From the NCBI RefSeq assembly GCF_006345805.1, contig NC_043020.1, positions 16,678,001-16,742,000 on the forward strand: a stretch of DNA of 64,000 nt. Direction: 5' to 3'. Position 1 is the first letter of the stretch. Each line of letters starts with the position of its first letter. The position numbers and the translations under genes were made by a program. A model generated the notes under the pieces. It was not told where the DNA came from, did no database searches, and saw only the letters and a program-made list of their open reading frames with translations. This DNA comes from Octopus sinensis (lineage: Eukaryota). This document shows positions 49,280-63,212 of this stretch, one piece after another.

Positions 49280-52200
49280 TAGAATAGGAATGTATGAAGA
49301 TCATATATTTCTATTTTTATTGTATGACTATCACCTTAGTGAAATACTGCTGAACATTTTGCCTAGTCTGGTTACAAATCTGCCATCTCATCACTTTATT
49401 TCATATAATGTGTAATAGCATCATACAATGCCTCACATGTAGTATAACACATCCTGTGTTAACATGTCATAAAATAGCTCATGTAGTAACCTGTTGCTTA
49501 CTGTGGTAGCATATGTTATATGATGTATCACATGTGGCATATCTCGTGTGGGTGGGGCCACATCATATATGTTGTCTAGTAACATTTAGTGTATCTCATG
49601 TAGCAACTCTTAAGTCCTGCATGAGTGGAGCAGAACATGAAAGCAGCTGCTTCTATATTTAAAGACTGCACAGCCCCTACCTCTAACACCTCTATCTCCA
49701 CTACCACTACCATCACAACCACCACCAATGGCAACGATGTTTTAAATCCAATGTTCTGTGATTAATTCACCATGTTTTGAAGTAGAAAGCAGCCAATTTG
49801 ATCTCCATTCCTCTACTTCTCAAGCCTGAGAAGTTCTGAGCTAATCCCTTTTTCTGAACTAGTATAAAATCAATAATTTTTCTCTATCATTTTCTCTAAG
49901 TAGTGGATGTTTACTCAGTTTATTCCTAATATTTCCTTTAAAAATATACTTTTATTGTTTACCATTATTATTAGTAGTACTAGTGGTAGTAGTTTCATGT
50001 ATTCTTTTAATGTCTTATTGTGAACAATTTTACAGATATCATATTTAGTATTAACAATATGTGTTGTGATGCACTCATTTACATGGTAGCTTATTTAAGC
50101 TATGACATGAGGTCTGTTTTCTCTGCTGCAAATCAGCACAGCTTTATGATAGAGAAATGCCATGCTGAAGATGAATACCATCCATCCATCCTAGCATGGA
50201 AAACAAAAAAATCAATAACAACTATATTAACCTTTATTCTAGAAGATAATTTTAATGTGGATAATCTGTTTTTGTGTTCTATACATAGGCTAACAGGAAG
50301 ACAAATGTTGAAACCCCCACTAAATATAAAATAGTTGTTCTAAACTAGAATCTAACATCTATGCAGTGATTCTGGTAAAGTAAAATGCCATTCCTTATTC
50401 CAGAAATAATTCCAGAAATAATTCTTCCTCATAGAATTTTCAAAACCAGTGGGAGCCATCCAAACAACGGAAGTAAACTTTCTATTGGTTTATTTTATAT
50501 CTTTTAATTATTTGGACAAAAAAGAAAAAAAGCAGAAAGACATAGATTGCTGTTCTGATAGGATCTCTGATTATCATTCATGTTTGTCTGTGAAGGCGAC
50601 AGACGATCTCCATCAGTTAATGTGTGTGAAATTTGTTTTTGCTTATTTGTTAGGTGCAACAAGTACATTGCTTCAGTTTGCAGCTATTGCATATGCATTT
50701 TATAATTACCATTGTCATGTATATCTTTTTATCTTTTCTTTACATGTTTCAGTCATTAGACTGCTGCTATGCTAGGGACACCACCTTGAAGGCTTTAGTT
50801 AAACAAATTGACCCTATTATTATGTTTTGGGGGGATTTTCTTTTATAAGCCTGGTACTTATTCTAATAGTTTTTTGGGGGTTTTTTGCCAACCAACTAAA
50901 TTAGAGGGGATGTAAACAAACCAACACTGGTTGTAAAGCAGTGGTGTAGGGACAAACACAGAGACATACACACATGTATATATATGATGGGCTGCTTTCA
51001 GTTTCCCTCTGCCAAATCCAATCACAAGGCTTTGGTTGGTCCAGGACAGTAGTAGAAGACACTTTCGAAAGGTACCATGCTGTGAAGGAGCAAACTTTTT
51101 ACCACACAGCCACACTTGAGCCTGAGTAATTACTATTGTTTCAAGAAACACTATGGTTGTCTGATTAATTTTCTAAACCACATGTTCCTGAGTTCAAATC
51201 TTACTATTGCAACAATTATGTTGTGCACACCCCTACTCACTTCCACCCATCTAAACATGTGGAATAACTCCATGTCCGGTAAATTTACTGTCATTTCACT
51301 GTAGGGAGAGTTCACTGTCATCAATTCACCATTTTTGTTTTTGTTTTTGTTTTTTTGTTTTTTGTTTTTTATAAAATAGTTTTAACTATTAATGGTGAGA
51401 TACCATGGGTTTTTTTCTGGGGAAATCTTCCTGGCACTAACCTTTCCTCCCAGTGGTAAACTCTACTGCAGTGAACTTACCTTTGAATGAATAACTCTGC
51501 CTGTTTCAGATAATCTAGGTGACATAAATCAAACCACAGTGCTTTGCATTCTTATCCTTATCCAGAGTTTTGTCACTCCTGAAAGAGGAACCCCTCCCTG
51601 AACTCCTTCCAACACTGTCTGTCTCTGGCCAGTCTTGGCCATGTAGGCCCCAGCTATCAAGTGAAATCTTCTCACCATTTTGTCTTTTAAGTTGGCTTCT
51701 TGAAAGAACAACAGATGGACACCAAGACAATGGACAAGCTCCTTGCTTGTCTGTTTATTTCATGCCACAACTTGTAAACACACAGCCTGAGTTGTTAGTT
51801 GTAGGAAGGACGTCCTTGATTCATGTCTGTACAACAGGCAAGTGCAACCATTCCCATGTGGTTACTTAACTTGAATGTCCATCATAGATTTAAGATTTAC
51901 TTGATCAGGGCTGATCATGCTTGTGAAGACTCATCAAGCCAAGCAAAATTGCAGTCATGGCAGATACTGGTGTCGCACAAATGGCACCCATGCTGATGAC
52001 ACGTAAAAGCACCCATTACACTCTCAGAATGGTTGGTGTTGGGAAGGGCTCCAGTTGTAGAAAACCATGCCAAATCAGACTGGAGTCTGGTGCAACCTTC
52101 CAGCTTACCAGCCGTGGTCAAACCGTCCATCTCATGCCAGCGAGGGCAACAGACACTAAATGATGATGGTGATGATTAGTCCAGTGTAGAGGCACATGGG

Positions 52201-52599
52201 TCAGTGTTAGAGTGTTGGACTCATGATCATAAGATTGTGGTTTCAATTCCTGAACCAGGCAATGCATTGTGTTCTTGAGCAAAACACTTCATTTCATATT
52301 GCTCCAGTTTACTCAGCTGGTAAAAATGATTACTCCTGCAATAGACTAGCATCCCATCCAGGGAGGAATATATACACCAGAGAAACTGGGAAACTGGCCC
52401 TATGCTCCCTAGGGAGCATAGGGACAGTTTCTGATATTTAAAAAAATGATGGAATGGTCACTTCTGGAATGTCTTTTATCATATATTTAAGATCTTGATC
52501 AGAGCTGATCTGAGAATAAACAATAATGGATAGGTTGTACAACTGCCACTTTAGCTCCACCATACAATCACTTTTCCGATCTTGTCTGAAGACAGGTCC

Positions 52600-53030
52600 A
52601 ATCTAGTTCCAGCATTTGCATCTTATTTCATCACTAATCCTGTTGATGCTCTTTGTCATCCCAATTGTGTCATTTTGGACTCTTTGCAGCCACTTGATGT
52701 CAAGTATTCTTCCTAAGCATATGAAGTGGAAGCTGTCTATGGTTTTTTTCCTTCCATCTTTGTCACTTTCCAGTTTTCACATTTGTAGAGTAATACTGGT
52801 TGGTCCAATGTCTCGGACAGCTTCAGCTTCATTTTGTGGCATATACCTTTGCTTCTCCATACCTTGTTAGATTGTAGAATGCTCTCCAGGTTTTGGATAT
52901 TCTGTTTCTTTAAAGCCTCCTTTCACCTCTGTCTTTCTTGACTGTCACCCTGAAGTAGACAAATTCTTCAGTGTCTTCCATCTCATTGTTACCGATTCTC
53001 ACAGCTTGTTGTCTGTCTTTATTCTTTAGT
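52600..53030 (-). mobile_element. Degraded RTE-like LINE RT fragment
   Basis: - strand EMEDTEEFVYF...RISK..RAF...IDSFHFICLGRILDIKW-like remnants with stops. Confidence 0.6.
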
Positions 53031-53858
53031 GTTTTTCATTTTTCTGGGTTGGGCCAATTCGGTAAACATTCTCTGCCATTGCATTAATCTCAAGAAAATC
53101 CTCTGACTTTAAAAAAACAACTGCAGAAAATTAAGCGTAAATCCTAAATTAACAGAAGCGTCACATTGACATGGAAAAATTAGTGTAAAAATTGCATGGA
53201 AGGAATGATTGCATAATTATCTCCCTGTGGGACTTTCAAGAGTGTGGGGTGCCTCTACAAAGCCCACTCAACATTCAAGAACTAGCTTCTAAGTTTCTAT
53301 CAAAAAAAGAGCTTGTTGAATAATGTGGGCTAGGTTCCTTACATATAGGGGAAAAGGTGGGATGGTCACAGATGGAATACCTTTGCTTATAGGTCTGCTC
53401 AGTCGGAGCTGGCATTGTACTAAACAACAAGAACCATCATGGGATTCTCGTAACTCCCTACTAACTTCTGAAGTACTGGTTCTTTCTTTTATTTTTATTT
53501 TTTTTATTTTTTTTTTGTTTTTAAGAGGCAAAACCTAATTCTGGTGTTCTTGGCATTAAATAAATAATAAAGCCCCTACTCCACTCCTTAGGTACGACAC
53601 AAGTCTGTTTCAAAGAACATACTAGGTGATCTTTTCCTGACGTACAGGAGGAACAGAGAGAGATAATGTAGAATAGTATTCTACCCAAAAACAATGGAAT
53701 AATCTAAGATCCATGAGCAAGTGGTCTTGTACTTTATCCACAAAGCCATCTCAGTTCTACGTCTCTCTCCTTAGTTGAGGCCATGCAAACATTTCAGCAA
53801 GTATAGAAGACAACTCTGTGTTTCAGTATTATTAAACGTCTTCAGAAAAGCAAAGTTA

Positions 53859-54273
53859 GGCGCAGGAGTGGCTGTGTGGTAAGTAGCTTGCTAACCAACC
53901 ACATGGTTCCGGGGTTAGTCCCACTGCATGGCATCTTGGGCAAGTGTCTTCTGCTATGCCCCCGGGCCGACCAAAGCCTTGTGAGTGGATTTGGTAGACG
54001 GAAACTGAAAGAATACCATCGTATATATGTATATATATATGTATGTATGTGTGTGTGTGTGTTTGTGTGTCTGTGTTTGTCCCCCTAGCATTGCTTGACA
54101 ACCGATGCTGGTGTGTTTACATCCCCGTCACTTAGCGGTTCGGCAAAAGAGACCGATAGAATAAGTACTGGGCTTACAAAGAATAAGTCCCGGGGTCGAT
54201 TTGCTCGACTAAAGGCGGTGCTCCAGCATGGCCGCAGTCAAATGACTGAAACAAGTAAAAGAGTAAAAGAGAG
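53859..54273 (+). mobile_element. SINE family A
   Basis: Near-consensus copy. Confidence 0.9.
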
Positions 54274-54396
54274 TATATAATGCCATGCATTGCATGTGAA
54301 AAAAGCTAATTTAGAATAATCATGCAGTGAGAAAAAGACAGTATTATATCAATGGTCTGTTTCAGTTCTCTATACTCCTGCTCTTATTCTCTACAA

Positions 54397-54915
54397 CAGT
54401 ATTTCCCAAACCTATTTTCCCCCCAGACTCCACTATAACTTTTCAGAAAAATGTATCACCCACAAGTAGTTGGTAAAAAACCACTTTATTTTTAATATTT
54501 TATTACAATTATTTAATACAAAAGAATCTACCAGTAACTGACTAAGGAAAAAAAGTGAAGCATTTTAATGAGAACCTTGTGCCTGGTGATTATGATAAAT
54601 TTCCTTGATTTGAAGAGACAATTTTGTTAGCTTCAGCCATAAATCACCTCGTTTTGTAATTTCAAGTCTGCTATCCACACAAGGGCATTAGAATAGCACT
54701 GTACTTCTGTACTGTAGCATTGTCTTCATACAATATACTTGGTTGGAGGAACTGATCTAGCTAAGCTGAGTATAGGTGTGGTATATTTGCTGTGAAAAAA
54801 GATTTTCACAATCCTATGTCCCACTAAAAAAAGAAAAGAGTTTCAGATCCCATGCCCCACTACAATTTTCCCCAAGCCTCACATTGGAGCATATGCCCCA
54901 CATTGGGAATCACTG
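54397..54915. mobile_element. hAT/Charlie-like non-autonomous element
   Basis: Termini CAGTATTTCCCAAAC / ATTGGGAATCACTG. Imperfect TSD ctctacaa / ctctatac. Confidence 0.55.
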
Positions 54916-55986
54916 CTCTATACTCTTCTAAATTTCTATATTTCTGTCAAGCCATTCATATTTCACATCAGATTTTGTAAAACTAACAAACTTCGGTGTT
55001 TACATCTTATATTCTATATTTAACACAGAAATAAGCTGACACGTTTATATTAGACATAAACACATCTTCGTTATCTTTAACTAGGTATAAATAAATTTAT
55101 CTAAAATTTAGTTTTCATTTGCTGACTAGTCAATATTTTGCTGTCTATGCTACATAACCACTCTGTCTTATGTCCTTGTGATTATCATTATCATCTTAGT
55201 CATTTCCTTTTTTTCATACTGAGGTGATCAGATGCTAAATCTGTCAAGGAAAGAGCATATTGTCTTAGGTTCCCTACATATATGGAAAAAGTAGGATGCT
55301 CACAGATGGAATACCTTTGCTCATAGGTCTGCTCAGTCAGGACTGACATAGTACTAAACAACTTGAAGCAGTACTGGCACTCTGTCAGCTACAAAGGTAC
55401 AGGTTCCAGTTGATCTAATCAATGGAACAGCCTATTCATGAAATTAATGTGCAAGTGGCTGAGTGCTCCACAGACATGCGTACCCTTAATGTAGCTATCT
55501 AGGAGATTCAGAATGTGACATGGCTGGCCCTTCAAATTACAGGTGCTGATCATCTTTGCCAGTTGAGTGGACTTGAGCAATATGAAATAAAGAGTTTTGC
55601 TAGAAATATGAAACAAAATAACAACAATCAAAAATATGTACAATGAAAATAATGTGCTAATAAAAGGAACAGAAGAGTATCTAATGTTTCGGTTTATATT
55701 CTTTATTGAATAGAAGGGAAAGCAATATGAGATGTAATACTTAAAGAATAGAAACAATACCAAATTTATGATGTCTGTTTACATTGCAAGTTTGGTGTAA
55801 AAAGGATGTGTGAGTGTGGAACAGTAAGACCAAAAGTGCAATCACATAATATAAATTTTCATGCATACATTCAATAAAAATTACTTGCATATCTCTTTAT
55901 AGGTAAGCTTTATACATAGTTTTGTTTTAATTATTTCTACCTTTCTGCTTAAATAATTGCTTTTTTTTTTTCTGATATATTTGCAG

Positions 55987-56141
55987 TGAACCACTGATTA
56001 TTTTCTCCGGTGGAATGCCCTATGACAAAGTGGGACGTACACCTAGTATTACAGTGATGAATGGAAAAAGTATTACAGTGCTTGAAATGGAACACAACAT
56101 TGTTGATTTTGTTGTGTTGTGTGAAACTCCTTGGCAAAATG
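55987..56141 (+). CDS. STXBP5: Tomosyn internal coding exon, 155 nt, phase 2 to 1
   Basis: Poly-T tract...tttgCAG|T GAA CCA...CAA AAT G|GTATCA. Reads EPLIIFSGGMPYDKVGRTPSITVMNGKSITVLEMEHNIVDFVVLCETPWQN, matching tomosyn EPFIILSGGLSYDTVGRRPCLTVMHGKSTAVLEMDYSIVDFLTLCETPYPN. Confidence 0.95.
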
Positions 56142-58327
56142 GTATCAGATTTTTCCATCTTATTTTCTCTTATTGCAAACCTAATTTTCTTTTATTGGAA
56201 AATGTATGTATGTATGGATGGATGGATAGATAGATAGATAAACAGACAGACAGATAGATATTTGTGCATGCATTTTTATGCATTTTTTCCCATATTTGAT
56301 AAAATTCAGAAAATGTTTCTATTTCTTTTATTAAATTTAGACTCAAATGAAAATGTTTTATATAACATGGAATCAAAAATTAAATATCCAACATTGTCAA
56401 ATAAATCGGTCAAGTCTTAGATAGGTGCTGTAGTTCAAACAGAACCTATATCTATATTTTAGCAACAACCCCTCTACCACCTCCACCCTAATTTTAATAG
56501 GACATTGAATGAAAATAAAATTGTTTTCAAGAAAGAATTTATTGATATAAAAAAAAAAGAAATATATAACTTTATTTTGAAAATGGTGAATAGCATTTTT
56601 TTTTTTGTAGAATATATCTTTATTAAATTTTATTAAAAGGTATTTTGGGAAACTCTGGCCTAGAAGCAGCAATCAACTATAAATATATCAACATTTTTAA
56701 CACAATTAGTGTAATGAACACAACCTTAAACAAGATGCACTTCTTAACTTTATACAATTTATATCAGTTTCTATCCCTGTATTCATACTCCAACCTTCCA
56801 TTGCCTGGCACAAAGCCACCTCCATCAATACTACTCGCCCCTTTGTTGAGGGGCCTTGTCTTGCAGGTTGCTTGGTGACTTCACTGCTGCTGGTGCCACA
56901 TAAAAGCCACCCATTACACTCTGTAAATTAGTTGTCATTAAGAAGGGCATCCATCCATGGAGACCTTGCCAAAACAGACAGTAGACCTTGGTGTACTCTT
57001 AGGACTTGCCAGCTCCTGTCAAACCATCTTACCCATGCCAGCATGGAAGGTGGATGTTGAATTATAATGATGACGTGACCACATCTTGTACCATTAGTAT
57101 TATGAATGTTAAAGGTTTAAGCTTTAAACAAGAAATACTAATCTACTTTATATGAATGCATTAACATGCTTCAGACCAATTACCATTGTGAATTATCATA
57201 ATTTTACATCTACTTTTGGTGGCAAGCTGGCCAAATTGTTAGCATGCCAGGCAAAATGTTTAGCAGCATTTTGTCCATTTTTATGAGTTCTAATTCTGCC
57301 AAGGTCAGCTTTGCCTTTCACTCTTTCAGGGTCAATAAAATAAGTACCAGTTGAGCACTGGGTGTCAATTTAATCAACTTATCCCTCCTCCGAACTGCTG
57401 GCCTTGAGCCAAAAGTTGAAAGCAATTTTACATCTACTTTCCCAAGCTGGCATGGGTCGGCATGTTGTGACAGAATTTTTGCCACTTGTTGCAGTGTTAT
57501 GTCAGCTGACACATACACTTGCCAAGAAAAGCCAGCTAACTTCATTGTTTTATTTTGCATGTTTTTTACTTCTGAGTTTTCTTCCTATCACCAACCACTT
57601 AACAACATGGATGAGGTGCAATTTATTGTGTCACCAGCACTGGAAAGGTTGTCTACAAAACAACTTAAATATACTCTGTATTATGTATCTGTTTTTATTC
57701 ATTGTTACTGCCCAGATAAGTTGGCTGTGATACAGATTGCAAGTCGACAAAGTATTAAATATTAATCAAAACTGTGCACTCACTAATTCATTTTATCTAC
57801 ATCTTTATATGTCTTACATTAACATATCTAACACAGTATTACGTCCATGCAACATTGCAAGACAAGTGTTAGGCTGGCAACCTGAAGAAGACCTGGAAAG
57901 GGTGTCTGAAAGATGAAGCGAAAACAATCAATCTCTCTTGGTCTAAAATCAAGGAGGTAGCCCAATATCACATCCACTGGCGGGAAATAGTCATGGCCCT
58001 ATGCTGCTCATGGAGTAATTTGGACTACTACACATTGTAAAGTAGTCGGCATTTGGAAGAGCATCCAGCTGTAAAAACCATGCCAAAACTGACCTTACCT
58101 TTGCTTGTGCCACATAAAAAGTACTCTGTCCAGTTTTCTGGGTGGTTGATGTTAGGAAGGACATCCAACTGTAAAAACCATGCCCAAAAAGAAACACAAA
58201 AGTCTGGTGCAGGCTCCTGTCTGGCCAGTCCCTGTCAAACCATCTAACCCATGCCAGCATGGAAGGTAGACATTAAACAATGATGATGGTGATTCATATC
58301 ATGGTTTTAAAACTTAATGAAGACACT

Positions 58328-58642
58328 TGTCTATCTATCTATCTATCTATCCGCTCAGTCGAAGTCGACTCTCGGTTACTTGATGGATCAGTGTCCTCCA
58401 GTGAGGTCTATCCTGGGCCGCTTCTTTCAGATTGGCTATGTCCATTCCGGTATCATTCTTGATGGTGTCAAGCCAGCAGGTTCTTGGTCGGCCTCTTCCT
58501 CTCTTGCCACTGACCATTCCGAGCATGATGTCCTTCTCCAGGGATTTTCTCCACATAATATGACCGAAATATGCCAATCTATGCTTGGTGATCCTAGCTT
58601 CTAGCGACATTTTCGACCTGATCTGATTAAGAACTTCTCCAT
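58328..58642 (-). mobile_element. RTE-clade LINE 3' end, same family as 4205-4672
   Basis: ORF 58347-58610 MSLEARITKHRLAYFGHIMWRKSLEKDIMLG... and (GATA)n tail. About 95% identical by eye to the first copy. Confidence 0.9.
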
Positions 58643-59309
58643 TGTATAGTATTATTAAAGCAGGTGCACCACTAATTTTCTGGCACTCTTAATTCCAGTC
58701 CCATACTGGATTATCCAGTTCGCTGGGTTAACAGAACACATGTAATAATAATTCTGGGTATATTCCTGCTGCCATGTTATCACCTATCCAGCACTAAACC
58801 TTACTAAACCTACAAGACATACTGTGTATATTCACCAAAACATATAACAGTGTAAATGTTCTTCCAATCCTTTAAGTGTATTAATATGACAGTGCAACTA
58901 TTTAAAATGAAATCTAATGCCTTACACTCACCTCCAAACTACTAGGGCCCCACCAGACCCTCTTTTGAAACAATCGTGATGGTGGGCATATATTTACATT
59001 TTCCTCTTTTATGTTGGTACACTGTGAAGATAAGTTGCTTATTAACTTGCTGTCCACAAAAATAGGACCCTTAGATAGTTGCCACATTGTATTAATTTTC
59101 AACATTTTATATTGCTGCATCTAGCGAAGGAGGGGTCACCTTCATGACACACTTACTACGTGTTGTGAAGACTTACTATCAAAACTTAATAATTATTTCC
59201 AAAAAATTTTAATGTTCTCACATAATTATATCTGATTAAAAGAGGTACCAAATCATCAGTTATCAGAAAAGCAACGGTACATTGGTATTGAGTTTGGAAA
59301 TGTACTTAT

Positions 59310-59700
59310 GTAGCAGGAGTGGCTGTGTGATAAGTAGCTTGCTAACCAACCGGGTTCAGTCCCACTGCGTGGCACCTTGGGCAAGTGTCTTCTACTATAG
59401 CCTCGGGCTGACCAAAGCCTTGTGAGTGGATTTGGTAGATGGAAACTGAAAGAAGCCTGTCGTATATATGTATATATATATATATGCGTGTGTGTGTGTG
59501 TCTGTGTTTGTCCCTCCAACATCGCTTGACAACCGATGGTGGTGTGTTTACGTCCCCGTAACTTAGCAGTTCAGCAAAAGAGACCGATAGAATAAGTACT
59601 GGGCTTACAAAGAATAAGTCCTGGGGTCGATTTGCTCGACTAAAGGTGGTGCTCCAGCATGGCCGCAGTCAAATGACTGAAACAAGTAAAGAGTAAGAGT
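59310..59700 (+). mobile_element. SINE family A (small head deletion)
   Basis: Family sequence. Confidence 0.87.
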
Positions 59701-60365
59701 ATGTTATAACTTTCTTAAAAGATGCAATTAAAACAAAAACATTTATGGACCATTCATCATTTAGTGTTCATTTTTCCATGCTTGCATGAGTTCCACGGAG
59801 TTTATATGAGACAGATTTTCTGTGGTTGGATACCCTTCTTGTCACCAACCTTCATCTGTTTCCAAGCAAGGTAATACATCTCCACATGGCCAGACATGGT
59901 CTCACAGAATATTGGAAATGAATGACACTGCTTGTATGACAGTGACAATCGTTTACAACTGTCATGCATTGCCAAGACAAGGAGATACACACACACACAC
60001 ACACACAAAATGGGCTTCTTTCAGTTTTAGTCAACCAAATCCACCTACAATGCTTTGGTTGGTCCAGGATTGTAATAGAAGACACATGCCTAAAGTGCCA
60101 TGGTGTGGAACTGAACCCAGAACCATGTGGTTGAGAAGCAAACTTCCTACCATACAGCCATGCCTGCACCATTGTACATTTATGTATAAACAGTGTGTTG
60201 TAATGAAGTTGAACATTTGATTGATGTAGGTCGACTTTGTTAGGGTGAAGCTAGTACAAGAAATGTAGATAATTTTTTTCTTATTAAAATCTGTAACTAA
60301 GTATATATAAGAAACATTTCATTGTTGTCGAATCGATTTATATAAAGCATGTTAATACTACCTTT

Positions 60366-60369
<4 letters not shown>

Positions 60370-60402
<33 letters not shown>

Positions 60403-60799
60403 ATGTGTGTATATATATGTGCGTGTGCATGTATATATATGTGTGTGTGTATATATATATATATGTTTATGTGTGTATATATATGTGCGTGTGCATGTAT
60501 ATATATATATATATGTGCATGTATATATATATATATATATGCATGTATATATATATATATATGCATATATATATGTGTGTACATGTATATATATATGTAT
60601 ATATATATATATGCATATATATATATGCATGTATATATATATATGCATATATATATATGTGTGTACATGTATATATATGTATATATATATGCATATATGT
60701 GTGTATATATATATATGCATGTATATATATATGTATATATTTATATATGTATATGTTTGTGTATATATATGTATATATAAGTGTATATATGTTTGTTTG

Positions 60800-60833
<34 letters not shown>

Positions 60834-61000
60834 ATGTGTGTGTATATATATATGCATATATATGTGTGTGTGTATATATATATGTATATATACCTATATA
60901 AATATATATATATATGTGTTTGTATATGTATGTATATATGTATATATATGTGTGTATATATATATGCATATATATGTGTGTATATATATATATATATGAA
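60370..61000. repeat. (TA)n/(TG)n/(GCATATATA) microsatellite block
   Basis: Direct reading. Similar blocks lie at 1590-2150, 4750-5160, 26460-26830 and 62000-62460. Confidence 0.95.
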
Positions 61001-61624
61001 ATGTCTTTGTGTTTGTTGTCCACAACTGCTTGACCACCAGTGTTGGTTTATGTTCCTATAAATTATTGATTCAGCAAAAAGAGGCCAAGACAATAAATAC
61101 CTGACTTCAAATAAATATAGGGGCTCGATTCGTTCGATCAAAACCCCTTTACGGGTCATAACAGGGGGGTCAGTTTCTCCGATCAGAACCCTTCATGGCT
61201 GTGCAGTCCAATTACACTAAATCAAGCCAAAGATAAAAGACACACACACACAAACATATACATTATGTAACATCAGTTTGCAGAAAACGATGCTCTTCAT
61301 TAATGTTTTGTAATTATGCAGAATTCATGAATAAAAAATAAGTTATACAATAGCAGTTTTTCATACTTGGTAATTGTTTATACACTCTACTTACACAGAG
61401 TCTCATTTTGTACACAACATTAGCTTATGTACAGTAACAGTACAGTAGCAGCTTATATAGCATCACTGATTGTATCCAGTAAAACCCTACATACTAAGAG
61501 TTTGTACTCAGACACACACGCAACACACTTACGGTTTGTGCATTGTAACGCACTCTATGCAGTAATAATTTGTACGCGGAAACACGCAGCACTGTTACGG
61601 TTTGCACGCAGTAACTGTCTGTAA

Positions 61625-61659
<35 letters not shown>

Positions 61660-62031
61660 TAATAATAATGGTAATAATAATGGTAATAATAATGATATAA
61701 ACAAGAATGTGTAAATCAAAGAATTTTATACCGTTAATATATCTTCACCATTTTCAATGTGAATTCAAACGTAAACAACAGATTGTGTGATAGTGTGTCT
61801 GCTCAACCACACACACACACACACACACGCGCGCTGACATACATATTTAGGTATGCTTATGTATTTATACACATATATAGACACGCTTATGTGTGTGTAT
61901 ATATGTATATATATATATAAATATAATGGTGTGTCATGTATGAATCTATGTACACTTTGGATGAAATGTGTATCGTTGTGGGTGTATATATACATACATA
62001 ATGTGCATATGCATGTATGTATGTGTGTGTG

Positions 62032-62070
<39 letters not shown>

Positions 62071-62182
62071 CATACACATAGATAATTGTTGAACATTGGT
62101 AGCCAAATTCTTTTAATACTGAATGCCTTATTGATATTTGCCAGAATTTTTTTATCCTTTTTTTCTTCTATGTGTGTGTGTA

Positions 62183-62213
<31 letters not shown>

Positions 62214-62373
62214 ACACAGGCATATATATATATACATACATATATATATACACACACACATGTATGTATGTATATATATATATATATTTACACACAGACA
62301 TATATATATATACACACACACACACATCTATACACACTCATATATATATACACACAGATATATATACATACAG

Positions 62374-62461
<88 letters not shown>

Positions 62462-62748
62462 CAGATATCTCTATATATATAAAATTGAGAATGTGTGTCT
62501 GTCTGTCTATCTGTTTCCCTAAAACTTGAGAACTACACAACCAATTTCATTCAAATTTTACACATGCCTTACTTAGGATCCATGTAGTTTCATGGGCAAA
62601 AGAAATGTTCAACTTCTTGCCTAGGGCGAACCCATAGCAATATTATGGGTATCCCTTTATCATAGACGATGTGAGATGGTTAAATAGAGGTAAATGTTTG
62701 AGTTCGAAACATTTACTTCAAATATTTTCCTCTAACTATCTCACAACT

Positions 62749-62791
62749 TCTCTGATGAAGGGATATCCATATCCCAGAAACAGCTGTAAGA
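62749..62791 (+). ncRNA. Minimal type I hammerhead-like motif with palindromic stem III
   Basis: UCU-CUGAUGA-A-GGGAUAU CC AUAUCCC-A-GAAA-CAGCUG-U-A^-AGA. Partial inverted copy at 62645-62696. Confidence 0.55.
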
Positions 62792-62794
62792 CTA

Positions 62795-63006
62795 TACTCT
62801 TTACTCTTTTACTGGTTTCAGTCATTTGACTGCGGCCATGCTGAAGCACCGCCTTTAGTCGAGCAAATCGACCCCAGGACTTATTCTTTGTAAGCCCAGT
62901 ACTTATTCTATCGGTCTCTTTTGCCGAACCGCTAAGTGACAGGGACGTAAACACACAAGCATTGGTTGTCAAGCAATGCTAGGAGGACAGACACAGACAC
63001 ACACAA

Positions 63007-63041
<35 letters not shown>

Positions 63042-63212
63042 CATATATACGACAGGCTTCTTTCAGTTTCCATCTACCAAATCCACTCACAAGGCATTGG
63101 TCGGCCCGGGGCTACAGCAGAAGACACTTGCCCAAGATGCCACGCAGTGGGACTGAACCTGGAACCATGTGGTTGGTTAGCAAGCTACTTACCACACAGC
63201 CACTCCTGCGCC
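62795..63212 (-). mobile_element. SINE family A
   Basis: Reverse complement of the family consensus. Confidence 0.9.
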
